Source of the DNA: Catajapyx aquilonaris | Taxonomy: Eukaryota | NCBI GenBank assembly: GCA_000934665.2 | Contig: KZ538099.1 | Span: forward strand, 62,001 to 125,799 | Direction of reading: 5' to 3' | Length of the DNA: 63,799 bases | Part shown: piece by piece, positions 1-12,588 of the stretch | Layout of the letters: every line of letters starts with the position of its first letter | Position numbering within the stretch: the stretch's first letter is position 1 | The notes under the pieces: model-generated | Databases searched by the model: none | The model's input: the letters and a program-made list of their open reading frames with translations, nothing else | Told to the model about the DNA's origin: nothing | Position numbers and translations under genes: made by a program

Positions 1-316
1 TTGTATCTTGCGTGCACTTTTTGGTTACTAAATGTTTAAGATTTTTTCAGGTTCACACACCAAGATAATTAGTTACCTAAGATTTTAAATTTTTTTGTTA
101 CTTATTTTTAAGATCATTTTGAAAAGATTTATAATGTGAAATGTCAAATTGAGTGCCACAAATTGAACTTGCCTGGATGTGGAATTGTAGCCAAGTTTTG
201 AAGGACTAATGTCTCAAGCTTAGTTTGTTGACAAAATTCAAGGTGACATACTGACATTTCAGATTGGCTTTGTCTGACTGTGGTATTGTGCTTGTGTACT
301 CAAAACACCCACTGTA

Positions 317-938
317 CAGTGCTGGCCAATAATCGAGGCAACGACTAGCGACATTTTTCCGAAGCGGCCGAAGCACGAACCGAAGCAATGAAATGGAGTA
401 AGACAGGAGCGAGATGCGTGCGAGCAAGAAGTGGTGGGCTGTGCCTGACTCACAGACTGGCGCAATCGTTCAAACCACTTTGAAATGTTAAAGAGCCACT
501 AATCAGCTTCAAAGTCTCGTGTAGAGCCTCTGTCAACCAGAAATATGGTAGTCCTACTATTGCACTGCGCCATGCTACTTGCCTCTACAACTTGCCCCAG
601 ACGATTATACATGTACATTTAAAAATGCCAAATTATGTATAAGAGATGCTTATATGCACTTCAAGAACACCCCTGAACCCCATCATCTTGATAAAACACG
701 CATATAGTCACACGCACGATGTGTCCGGATTACTGGCTCAAAATAATGAGAAAAAGGCAATGCCAAACATTTCAAAGTGGTTTGAACGATTGCGCCAGTC
801 TGTGAGTCAGGCACAGCCCACCACTTCTTGCTCGCACGCATCTCGCTCCTGTCTTACTCCATTTCATTGCTTCGGTTCGTGCTTCGGCCGCTTCTGAAAA
901 ATGTCGCTAGTCGTTGCCTCGATTATTGGCCAGCACTG
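317..938. mobile_element. Tc1-like MITE, 622 bp, 173-bp terminal inverted repeats, TA target-site duplication
   Basis: 317-489 is the reverse complement of 766-938, with one mismatch seen. TA lies at 315-316 and 939-940. The termini CAGTGCTGGCCAA match the canonical Tc1 end. No transposase inside. Confidence 0.92.
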
Positions 939-2638
939 TACTAATGCACAAACAGGTGTGCATTTTAGATTATCTTCAGAAGAATAGCATCAAATGAGTA
1001 TTGAATATCATAAAATTAGGTTTACTTTATTAATTATTGCATGAGTCACCTGGCATTGCATGTATAGATGAAAGGCATGATCTGACCATTGAAGGCAGTA
1101 GTTCTCACTTCTTGGAGAACAATCCTGAGTCCAGTTTACAAGTAATTTATGGTGCAGGTGTGTGACATTCCAACATATATGAAGTCTTTGAAGGGATTAC
1201 TGTTGTTGTGATTTACTATGAAGTCATGATAACAATGACAACAAAGCTGGCACCATTCCAGACTGCCGAAGGTCAAGAGTACTGATCTATAATCTTCCTG
1301 TCTTTTATTAGGTAAAGCAATGTTAGTGTTTCTAGTGACCAACACAGGTGAATTCCAGAAAAGTGGCATTTAAATGGCGAAGCACTTTTGAATTGGTACT
1401 CCTACACTTGTGAAGTACCTTATTAGCCAGGTAAGAGAAGCAAAAGCCAAATGCCATGCATACAGTACCGCCTGAACTGCACAAGCGAGGAATCAACATG
1501 ACTCATATGTGCTTTCACCAACACGGATGTAACTTCTAAGCCATGTGGCAGGTTTTTACATGTAATTGATGGGTTGATCATGCAATGTGTTGGCCACACA
1601 CTTTTTGGCACTAATGAAGTGATTCATGCTGGGATATACTCTATGCAGGTTACTCACTTCTATACAAGTGGTGGGACAGGTGTGCATTTCCTCTTGGGCT
1701 TAGCTGCCTGAAGATTTTCTAAAGTTTCAGAATCGGCGAAGTAATTACCTTACATGGATATTATGGATTATGGACCGTCCTCTGGAAACAATGACAGCTC
1801 ATGTTTTCTCTTGTCCAAGGTGGAAAGAATCACACTGTGTCAATGACTTGTGCCAGATTCTGCTTAGATTGTACGTTCCTTGGCAGCACATTTAGAAGTC
1901 CAGTCATGGTGGGCCTAGAAATTCCCAGACTCAGCATCATCTAGTTTTCCCTGAGCAGCACCCAGGTCCAATTATTTAAGCGCACTGTACTTGACATTGA
2001 TAACATTTGCCAAGAATTCATCAAGGCAGGTTTTTTTATGTACCACTGCAGGGAAAGAGATGGAGATGATTGGTCATAAGAGAGTTTCCTGGCATGCCGG
2101 AAGATAGCATTAACAGGATCTTACTAGAGATTATACAAAGTCACACCTCAAAACCGGTTTTATGGGTTTCAATGTCAATGCTCATGCAACGAAAATCAAA
2201 TCCTGCAACTAGCCTTTTTCATTTTTTGCTCGTGATAGTAGGCCTGCATTGACTTTTTAAAAATCGCATTTTTCCTCCTCTGAAGTTTGCTTCATTTTAT
2301 TTTTCAAAGTACTTCGCCTAAACACAAAAATATTAGGAAAACTTGAGTAAAGATGAAGAATTCCTGCAAATGCTTGTGGATTCCAGTTACAGGAGACCAC
2401 TGTACAGTATCATTGTGTCAAACCTTGACTAGTCACGTCTCATGGCCTTCGTTGCCTGGGCTTTGCCAATAAGTCAAAGGAACCTGCAACCAGTCCAAAT
2501 ATCTTTGCTCAGTATAGCACATCCTTGCGTATGTTATTTCATGTTTAGATTTTTTTCCAGGTTTTCGGAGGTGGCTGTTAAGTCAACCATGAAATCAGAG
2601 ATGCAAGGGAAATGCCATGATATGTTTCTTAAGTGTAG

Positions 2639-2893
<255 letters not shown>

Positions 2894-2963
2894 GAAGATG
2901 TGCATCTCCTTTAATTATTGTTTTCTAAAGTAATTGGGTGAGCTGCATGTAATTTAAGAAGGA

Positions 2964-2969
2964 ATTAAA
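2964..2969 (+). terminator. Probable polyadenylation signal (ATTAAA) of PSMC2
   Basis: ATTAAA about 70 nt after the stop, followed by a T-rich tract (ttatttatttttgt, ~2997-3009). Confidence 0.5.
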
Positions 2970-5245
2970 ACGTTCCTCTATTAATCAAAGTGGACTTATT
3001 TATTTTTGTCCATATGGCGACAATCCTCCGAAGGAATGCCCCTAAAAAATGAGGAAAAGGGAGAAATTGAGGCTTGTTGAAGTTTAGCCTTGCATGGAGA
3101 CAAAGTATCACATTGACTCCCCAGCCTTGAGGATTTTTAAGCACGTGGGAAGGAAAAGAGAGGTGGGGGAAAAAGAAGTTTTTGGCTTGCCGCCCCAAAC
3201 ACTAGTTCCTAGAGGAAGGCTGCGCATGCTTTAAGAAGAGAAGCGCATTGGCCAAGGAGGAAGTGGCTTCTGACATTTCCGAGTCTCGTGCCGCACAATT
3301 TACGATTGGTAGTAAATGGCAGAGTATGTGCACCTATTTTGGTGAGGTGGGTGTTGGGCCACCATACTTGGGATAGCAATTACGGTGCCCTTCGCCAATT
3401 GTTCCGACTCTAAATATAATCCATTCTCTTGGACGGGGGCCTTGACGTTGCAGTGGGTGTCACCGATGAGCTAAATGTTAAAAAGAGTATCAGTCGGGTA
3501 GTAGAGATTACTGGATCAAACCAGGTTTTGAAACAGGAAAAAGGCCTGCCCTTGCTGCTGAGTGAGTCACAGGGTGGAGAGCGTGAATCCTGCTTCCGGC
3601 AAGACAAAAAAAGAAGAAGAGGTGTACAATGGAGGCTATGGTTTAGTGCATAGAAATCACTTAGTGGGTGCATGATGTGCGGTACATGAGCAACTGCGTG
3701 CTGTGGGCGTGTATGAAAAAAAGCGTCCTTCGGGAAATGCAGTTTTTATGCAGTGAAGAGTTTTTGAACCTGAAGCCAATTCTGACTCGTCAAGGCTTCG
3801 CGTGGAAACTGTTAGTGCGATGATTTCACGCAGGCAATAGTACGAGTTCACTCTAGGGCAAATCCAATGTCACGTTGGAAAGGGAAATTTTGTATTGATC
3901 CTGTGTGTGTTTACTATCCTTGTGTGTATTATTATATCACGAAGAAAAAAACAGGCTGGTGTAGAAGGACAGCTCTTAACTGGCTATGAGGTAATTAGTG
4001 TCGCAGACCTTGGTTGAGGCCTACGTGCCTGTACAATCAATGCAGAGTCTATTTAATTCAGTCCATATTCTGCACGTATATACCAATTGTGTTTTCAGAC
4101 AAGCCGAGGATTCAATGTAACAGGCCGGCATGTTCACGTAAGAGTCCGCACCAAACTGCTATAGACTTTTAAGTACACTACTGATGTCCTTGAGTCTGGA
4201 TGTTTTTGTTGAGGCAGGTCATTGCATGGCAGGCTTTTGCCTTTCACTGTTATTTCCAATCTGCCCACACACTGCTGGCATATTTGATTGGATAATATAT
4301 TTAAATCCAGCTGTGACGTCCTGTGTGGTGCAAGCGCAATAATTTCTGCAAATATTGATGACAGCAACAGTGCAGTTGTGACGTTTTTTGATAGTTGGTC
4401 ACTGAAGGGGAGCGGTCTAAAGGGGACTACACTAGGACGTACATGGCCTTCTATGGACGAATCACGTGCGAACCATTAGCCTACTGCAAGGCCAAACATA
4501 CTCTGGAAGATACGGCCTTGAACTGGACAAACGCCGGAAATAGACAAACCGCGTCTTTGGATAGTTCCAAGGAGTTGCCATCGACCGCTGCCAATGCCTG
4601 CCATACTCTTCTTCCCCATTTTGAAATACCACTATTGGCCTAACACTTGTGTCAACAACATAGTCCATCCATCCTGCTGCGAAAAATGCCTCGGAGGTTT
4701 GCAACTTTGTTGACCAGACTTGTGGAGAATATATGGTTTCTTCCGAGTTTCCAAGGCTGCCCCAAAGAAGCCTGCATATACGCCAGCTGCCATACAATGT
4801 CCTCCAACATAGGTCATCGCTGATGGAAGGAGGCTCCAAGTGTGTCAAAAAGCCTTTGACCACTCAAGGACATTAGTACATCTGCTTCCGGGGGGAGCAG
4901 GATTATAATAATTGACCACACCTGGGGGTCCATCTTTTTGTAGAGTTCATCAACATGTGGCATTTCGTCGCAAATTCACACGGAAGCTTTCATGTGTGAG
5001 AACCAAGGCCGAAAAAAAAGAAAAATGCTGGGGACGGACCTGTGTGGACTTCCATCAGGCAATTGGTTTGAAAGAGAAGGTGCAGACCCTGAGGTTGAGT
5101 TTGTAGGACCCAACCGAGGTCAACTACTTGCCCACCTTCACACACCTTCATGCCCCCTTTTCATCAACACTTAAATCCTTCCCATCCACTCATTTGTATA
5201 TGATCCTTCTGCATATTATGGGCCATATTTTGGGGAATCCTACGA

Positions 5246-5576
5246 CAAATTGTGAGTTGTAGCCAAGGAATGTTGTACTACAACACGCAAAAAGATTGTC
5301 GCGCTGTATCCGTATGGTGTTCGCGACTTTTTGTTTACCCTTCTGCCGCCAGGGGCGTTGTCGGATCGCGCGTATAATCGCCCCCCAAACACCGTCATCC
5401 GACAACGCCCCTGGCGGCAGGAGGGTAAACAAAAAGTCGCGAACACCACAGTGCGACAATCTTTTTGCGCGTTATAGTACAACAATCCTTGGCGACAACT
5501 CACAATTTGAATAAACAAAAAGTCGCGAACACCACTCGGATAAAGCGCGACAATCTCTTTGCGTGTTATAGTACAA
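5246..5576. repeat. Fold-back (palindromic) element with ~120-bp arms, a 30-nt spacer and a partial tandem duplication
   Basis: 5246-5366 pairs with 5397-5509; 5512-5576 repeats part of the right arm. Confidence 0.85.
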
Positions 5577-7509
5577 AAATTGATAGAAAAAATTAGAGAT
5601 GGAGAAAATGAATTTATGTCGAATCCAATTATTTTAATATTATCCAGCACGTGTAGGTATATGAACCTCTTTTTTCCCCCCCTTCTGATTTGCATAAGAG
5701 TTCAATATACATTTGCGTGCAAACAAGGTGAACCGTGGCGAAATATAAACCGAAAAAACGTCCTGCTGCGGGGCTATAAATTCCAAGGAGACACTGGACC
5801 CTCTCTTTTTTTGGGATGTTGAAATACCTGTTGAAGCCATATCGAGTGCATCAATCAAATTTTATCAGAGTATCGAATTTTTTAACCACCTGGGGGCTAG
5901 TTTTTTTAAAAAATGGCGCTTTATGCTGCTTATTAAAGGGCTAGTTTTTTATCGAAAAAAAGTCGGGCCGATAGTTACGCAGCTCATAAAAAGGGTGGTA
6001 AAAAATGGCGAGAGTCCAGCTGGAAGATGCAAAAGGACGTCAGGTTTTGATTGCGAAAAAAAAACCACTCAGGTGTTGACGCATTTCAATACACGTGCCG
6101 GGTTGAAAAAATACGACAGAATATTTGGGGGCCGTAAAAGTGTCTCATGTTTTATTTTTGTAACCATCTTTTCTTGCCAAGTGTCATTCAAAGATTTAAC
6201 TTATGCTCAGTTGCTACAATGATTTTGTCGGAACATTGCTTTACTGAATAACAAGCCATCAGTGTAAGTAGTCCAGAAGTAGGTTAGGTAGCCCTGGACA
6301 TACACACAAACTTCCTGCTTTACTATATGTATGGTTGAATTCAATCAGTACACTGGACAGTTGATAATTTTCCAGCAATTTTATTTATGTGAATTGACGT
6401 GCAATTTTTTGCTAATTGCAGATTTCGCTAACATTCCTTTCAGGAAAATTTGCAGGATAGTTGTCACTCTTTTCTTTTTTTGAGCGACTTGCACCAGGAT
6501 TTTCTATTTGCAGGTTGAGGTGAAAACCATTTTCGTCTGTTCTAATTTTAGCTAAACAAGGTAAGGGCGAACCCCCCTGCACGTGCCCAAACCCTCCAAA
6601 GAGGTCAAAGCACTGTTATGACCAATATACATTGCATAACAATAGCCCAAAAAATATTCATGGAAATAAAGGTCACTAGTCTCTTCTTAAACACACCTAA
6701 AGAACCTTGAAAGTCTCGAAGAATGGGAAGGTTATTGAGATGGAGAGCCTTTTTTTCTGCAGGTAAAAAAATTAAAGGGGGTGGTGTTGTTTTGCGTGCT
6801 TGTGCGCAGCATCTTCTTCGGTATGGCGGTTTGTAATTGGCGAATAGGCTGGGAGGAAGTTGCATGCGGATCTTAGTGGTGGTGGTATCCTTGCCAGAGG
6901 ACATGCGCCTCTCTTTTCGCAGTATCCAATTTTACGAGGTGGGGTCGTCGTATTTATCAGTCTTATTACTACCGGCCGAAGGTTGGAACGGTTTAGGTTA
7001 CGAGCCTGTATATCGTGAGAAGTTGTTTTTTTGGTTATCTCATAGTCGTAAATATAGACGTCAAGTTTTCCTTCCTAGCATAGGATGCAAAAAAAAAAAA
7101 AGAGGGCAAATTTCGCCACTTTTTTTTTATAACGTGGGTTTTTGGCGAGGTCAGTTATGGTATCGATTTACATTTTACAGAGTTCAAGATCCAAGGACTA
7201 ATGGCTCGTGTTGCTATCCCTGCAGCAATTGCGACACATAAAAAAGGACGTTTTAATCGGTACAAAGTATCTGGATATAACCGCGGACAAAAGCGCAATC
7301 TGTGAAAATGATAAGTTGTGCCTGGAGCTTTGACAATTTGTTTATTTTTTAATTTTTTTTTTGGAACGTAACCAAAGAAGGTTATAAAGCGCGATGCTGA
7401 GGAAAAAGGGTATGGCTTTAAATGTTGTCGGTTTTTATGTAAGGTGGTTTTGTATATATGTAGGTAGAATTAGGAGAAAGGAACCGGTGGGAATGCCGTT
7501 ATTTAAAAG

Positions 7510-7511
<2 letters not shown>

Positions 7512-7551
<40 letters not shown>
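7512..7551. repeat. (AG)n microsatellite, about 20 units
   Basis: Read directly. Confidence 0.95.
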
Positions 7552-7560
<9 letters not shown>

Positions 7561-10500
7561 TGAGGTGGAAGATCCTGCTTCGGCACGTGTTTGCCCAAAA
7601 CAGGGCCTGGGATAAATGTCGGAACGGTTTAGGAACAGTTTGGGCCTTCAACGGTTTATTCTGGGATACTTTGCCAGTCCTTGTATATATAAAAAACAGG
7701 TATCTATAAAAGCCATTCGTTTCACAGATTTTCTTTTTTTCTTTTTTCTTTTTTCTTTTTAAACGAGGAGAGGTAAACGGGATATCAGGCTGCAAATTCC
7801 ATTGGCAGGTGAATCAAGTTTGATTGTAGTGGAAAATCCTGCTCAATTGACGTTTGAAATTGCGTGAATGAATGGAGAGGAAGCCTCCACACAGTTCGAA
7901 TCCCCAGCTCTTCAGTAAATCGGTCCCATTATTCAGTCGAATCGTTATTTCCCTCGGAAATGCATAGCATTCCAGAGGGAACTTCATGGTAACAGGGACA
8001 TGGGAATTCAATTTTGTGACTCCGTAACATTTTATTCAGACCACTGATGGTAATATATAAAGTCATGTTCGTTACGTACTAAGTAGGCCGCTAATGTATA
8101 TTACATGCCACAGTAAGATAAAGTCTCCGATAATAATCATGGGGTCTAATTTTCAACCCGTGGATTTTATGTTGAGTTGATCAGCAATTATCTGTGATTT
8201 TGCACTATTTATCAACACAATGAGCAATTTTAAAAAAATTAGTCGATTTAATATTATGACGCTGAGAAAAAAAATTCGTTCAAATTGAGTCTGTAAACTG
8301 TCAAAAGAGTGAAAAAATTGCTGACTCAATATTATGAGAACAAGCTGTAATCCACATACACACATGAATTGAAATGCTATAAACTACCTTGAAAGGTGAT
8401 ATAGTCCGCTATATTATAATTTAGTGCGAGAAACAGATTACAGATGGCGAACCTGGTCGCGTTTTCCTCCATTCCTGACTACGCTAGGCCCACAATTAAT
8501 AATATTTCTAATGAAAAATTAATTAGTCTAATACCATCAAACGAAACCGTGGCATACGTGCCATGCGGAAATAACCACTCGGCCTAGACATGCCATAATA
8601 TTTTTTCCGTCCTGACACTATCTCCATGCATGAATAATCCAAACAAAAATTCCGATAGACTTCCCCATTATTGTGTCTATCCGCATTAAAATTTTCATGA
8701 GCTCTATTTTCATTCATTTTTTTTCCTGTTTTGTGCGTGTGTGTACTGTACTGGAGCTAGGCACCTGCCTGAGTTATAAACAGAGAAGCTAGTAGTTAAC
8801 CTTGTTCCATTTAGCTCCCCATCCGAAGAGAGCCGGAAAAATCTGTGAGAGGCTGGACTTCCGGCATATATATTTATTTTTTGTCTATTGCTACTGAAGG
8901 TCTTTCCCCCAAAAAAACCTGTGGGCTTATAAATAATTACCAAATCGATGGTGGGTTCCCTGCCGGTTCGGTACAGGCAAATGATCGCTCCATTTTCCGC
9001 TGCATGTTCGTCGGCGCCGGGGACGTTGAACCCGGTCAGAAACGTGAATATTGGATTTCTAGCCCCCCCTCACGCTAGACTCTGCTAGACTCTCTACCCC
9101 CCCAACTATGGCTGGGGTCTATATGCACCCCCTATATAGGGTTGCCTCCCCTGTGGCAGACTCAACACCGTCGAGAGAACTTCGATCAGACCCCGTTCTA
9201 CATACGGTTGGCTGCACATTCATGTCCGCTTATTATGTCAGATCTTGGCGGAGGAAGGGAAAGTGATGCGCTTAAGGGGGTTGGAGACTTGCAAAGGGTG
9301 ATTCGTAACGATGCAGGCAAACTTGCAGGGCCAGTTCATGGTGACTGGGATGCCACTTTAGGTGTAGATGACATTTGGTCTGCGAAGTCTCGTTTCAGAT
9401 ACAATAGATTTCAAAGACACTGTGTTATTGCATATCCTGGCAGGTATGCCTCCCTCCCAACGCCTGGTTTTGATAGTGCCTATTTCCTATTTTTCATATA
9501 GGCCTATTGATGCAATTGTACATATAAAATATTAATAGACCTACTACTCTAACTACAGATTATAAAATGACTTATGAAATTGATTGTCACTCTTTTTAAG
9601 CAGCGATCTTATTAGGAGTGATAAAACATGTTCTTCAATTAATGCTAATTAATAACTAGGCTGCGTAGACCAAAGGATATATATCTTCTAAGGGGTTGAC
9701 CGCCTAGAGATTTGATGGATTATTATTATGAAGGACTGTACCATGCATATTGTTCACTGGAGGATGATGGTTCATGTACAATGTGTACATGTATAGAAGG
9801 AGTTAATTAATGCGCACGTCTTGTTGAATAGGGTGCGGTTGGGGGGCTATTTATAAATTGCGGCAGTAAGTTTCGGGGGGGCTGCTTTACAGTGCGAGGT
9901 ATTGCTGAAATTACTAGGTTGAATGTTGCACATTGTCGCGTTCATGGGGATAATGGGGGCAATGAACGTTGGGCTATCAACTTGTAGGCGCGTACTTGGC
10001 GATTATGTCTTATACTGTAAAGCTCCGATGGAGCTAAATGGGTGGCGAAAAAAACCTGAAGTGAAATTATATGCATGTTTACGGAAGTTTGCCATTGGCA
10101 AAGCAGGCCAGCATAAAAACTGGGAGGGAAACAACTTCATTCATAAACCAGCAGGTGTACACGTTTTGGTGTAAATCCGTAATCTTGTAAATGTCAATAT
10201 GTTGAGTATGATCTGGAATCATGAGAATATTTAACAGAATATTATACGTAGGTCGTAATTCACTTTGAAGGGCAATTTTGCGCACATTTTGGGAATTCCA
10301 CATGATAACGTTCTTCAATCACGTGAGTGCTACTGTGGTGTAACTGTTCAAATATACATGATGGGATTCTGTGAAACATCCGGAAGAGAGGACGATTCTG
10401 TGAATCTGCCCAAAATCCTGTATAATATTTTAATAGTTCCTGAAACTGTAACACCACAGAGAGCAGCTAATCCACCTAGAAACCTGTCATAATTGTATTA

Positions 10501-12402
10501 AAGTATAAAATGTACACAGCAATGAACAGAATCATTGCTTTTACTGATCTGAACAACAACATGTGAGTGCTACTATAGTTTGGCTAACTAGGCTGCATTA
10601 TCCGTCGGCCTCTAATCAGCTGGTTTACACACACAAAAACTGAGAGTATCAATCGACCTCGTGTGTTGGTTCGTTGAACGACGCGGTTACGCATTGAGGG
10701 AAACATACCGTTGCTGGTAATTATTTTTTACGCACTTGTCGTTCACCTAATGACTTCCTGTAAACAAGCCAATTTCCTGGGGTCCCCAGGCCGCAACCAT
10801 GGCCGTACCCTTTTTCCACTTATATCCTCGATCATGTGGATTAATGAGCGAGGACCCGAGTCGAGTGATGAATGAAAATTGGATATAACCTCAGCAGAGA
10901 GGGGGGGAAAAAGTGAATCGACAGTATAAAGGGGATTTGAGGGAACGTTGACATTTTGCAGACACAGGAAGTGCTTGTCTGTTCCAGACCGCCATATGTT
11001 ACGTGCAGATGTACTGGCGTGGCTGTTGAAACAATATTGTGTGGCATCTAGATAGGTTTCCACAGCATACAATAAGCGTCCCTATGCCTGAGATATGAGA
11101 ATAATGTATACGGTAATCCTGCTGTGCTAAAGTTAGGCTGGTAAATGGCATGAAGAGGTGTTAAAAATTCTAAGTCAACAATAAAACACGCGGAAACGTG
11201 CATTAATATTTCATAGGCGAGCACGCATTTTCAGAATGAGTATTCTCAGTGCATTTTTAGGCGTATGAAATGTAGAGTGTCACGCTTGAATTAGCTACAA
11301 AAAGCAGCGTAGAAAATATATACTGGTATAGTGGATTGTAAGTCATCTCATCTCATATGAAATAAATGTTGTTAAATTTCATACGAGTAGATTTTAAGTT
11401 ACCTATAGCACGCGACAATAAATGAATAATAACTGACGAGTGAAGCCGATAGATTGGACAATCTCTCTGATTAATTGATGAAACTTATGGAATACCACAC
11501 ATCTCTTATCAAAGTACTGACATGATATCCATACGCACCACAAAACATTAGCAATGTAGTACGACAATCTGATAAAAAAGTCGTGTACTACAATTATGTG
11601 CGCAAAAAACAAAATGAGCGGAAAAAAATTGTAATAACAAGCAAGTGTAAGGACCTTTGCCACGTGAAGCACATACAAGGTTACTCTATCTTTCTGCTAA
11701 CATTTAACTATTTTCTTGTGACTCACTGCGCTGCGGTTCAGTGGAATTACCTGGAAGGGATTTACCCTGGTAAGAGTGTGAATGACCAGCAAGTAGCATT
11801 TACCTCTGGATGAATTATTTATTATTATGTAGATATGGCAATTATACTTTGTTTTTTGTCGTTTACACTGTGTTTATTGCTGTTTTAGTGGAGTTGACTA
11901 TCTCAGTTCAGTGGTCTCATACCGCGAAATAACTCGCCACAAATACAGAATACTCTAGTTTTATGAGTATACATCCCCCCCCCCCCCCNTCATCTGTGTA
12001 ACAACCTAGGTCTAAACAAAGCGCATTTGCAGCACCCGGTGTCTCTTTTGCCTGCATGACTCTCTCGGCCTCTAATGTGCCGGCGCTAACTTGATCGTGA
12101 GCAATGCCCCACCTTGTATGCAAATGAAAAGCGCCTATACAGTAACACAGACCGCAGTGTTTACCAAGTTTCAGTGAGTACAGTCGCTCCCGGCTCGTTT
12201 CGTAGTTTTAAGGTTTTATTGACTCCGGTTCTCCTTGAAACGGTCTGGAATGAACTGTATACAAGAGGTTATAGAGATCGACTCTTGTGTATTCTCTGGT
12301 GTATACACATTTACGTAAATGTGGATTGTACAATAAGACCGGTTGCACTGCAACAACTCGAGGAAATCGTCGGAACATTTTTATATGAGCTAATAATTTG
12401 CT

Positions 12403-12588
12403 TCAATTGGGGGTGAGATTGTGCCAGCGTATTTTTGGACAAGTGGTCCCTATACTAGTAGCAATGGATTTTAGGCACGTTTCACTACATTGCAGGATGG
12501 TCAACGTTGGCAATGATGAGTAAAATTGTCCAAAAATGCACTGGCACAATCTCACCCCATCTGGCACAATCTCACCCCCAACTGACGG
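12403..12588. mobile_element. MITE with CCGT-type terminus and subterminal GGGGTGAGATTGTGCCA repeats
   Basis: The left arm tcaattgggggtgagattgtgccagcgtatttttggacaa is inverted relative to the right arm, which ends ...ctggcacaatctcacccccaactgacgg|TA. A 20-bp unit is duplicated on the right. Confidence 0.8.

Noticed and set aside
206..897. ORFs 259-465(-) and 646-897(+) sharing the peptide RQSVSQAQPTTSCSHASRSCLTPFHCFGSCFGRF
   Set aside because: The shared peptide arises from the MITE's inverted repeats, not from a duplicated gene.
4134..4900. Overlapping ORFs on both strands; LEDTALNW faintly resembles a retrotransposon gag motif
   Set aside because: There are stops in all frames and no recognisable domain. 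It could be a decayed TE, but that needs BLASTX.
5190..5695. Self-similar ORFs on opposite strands
   Set aside because: Artefact of the palindrome at 5246-5576.
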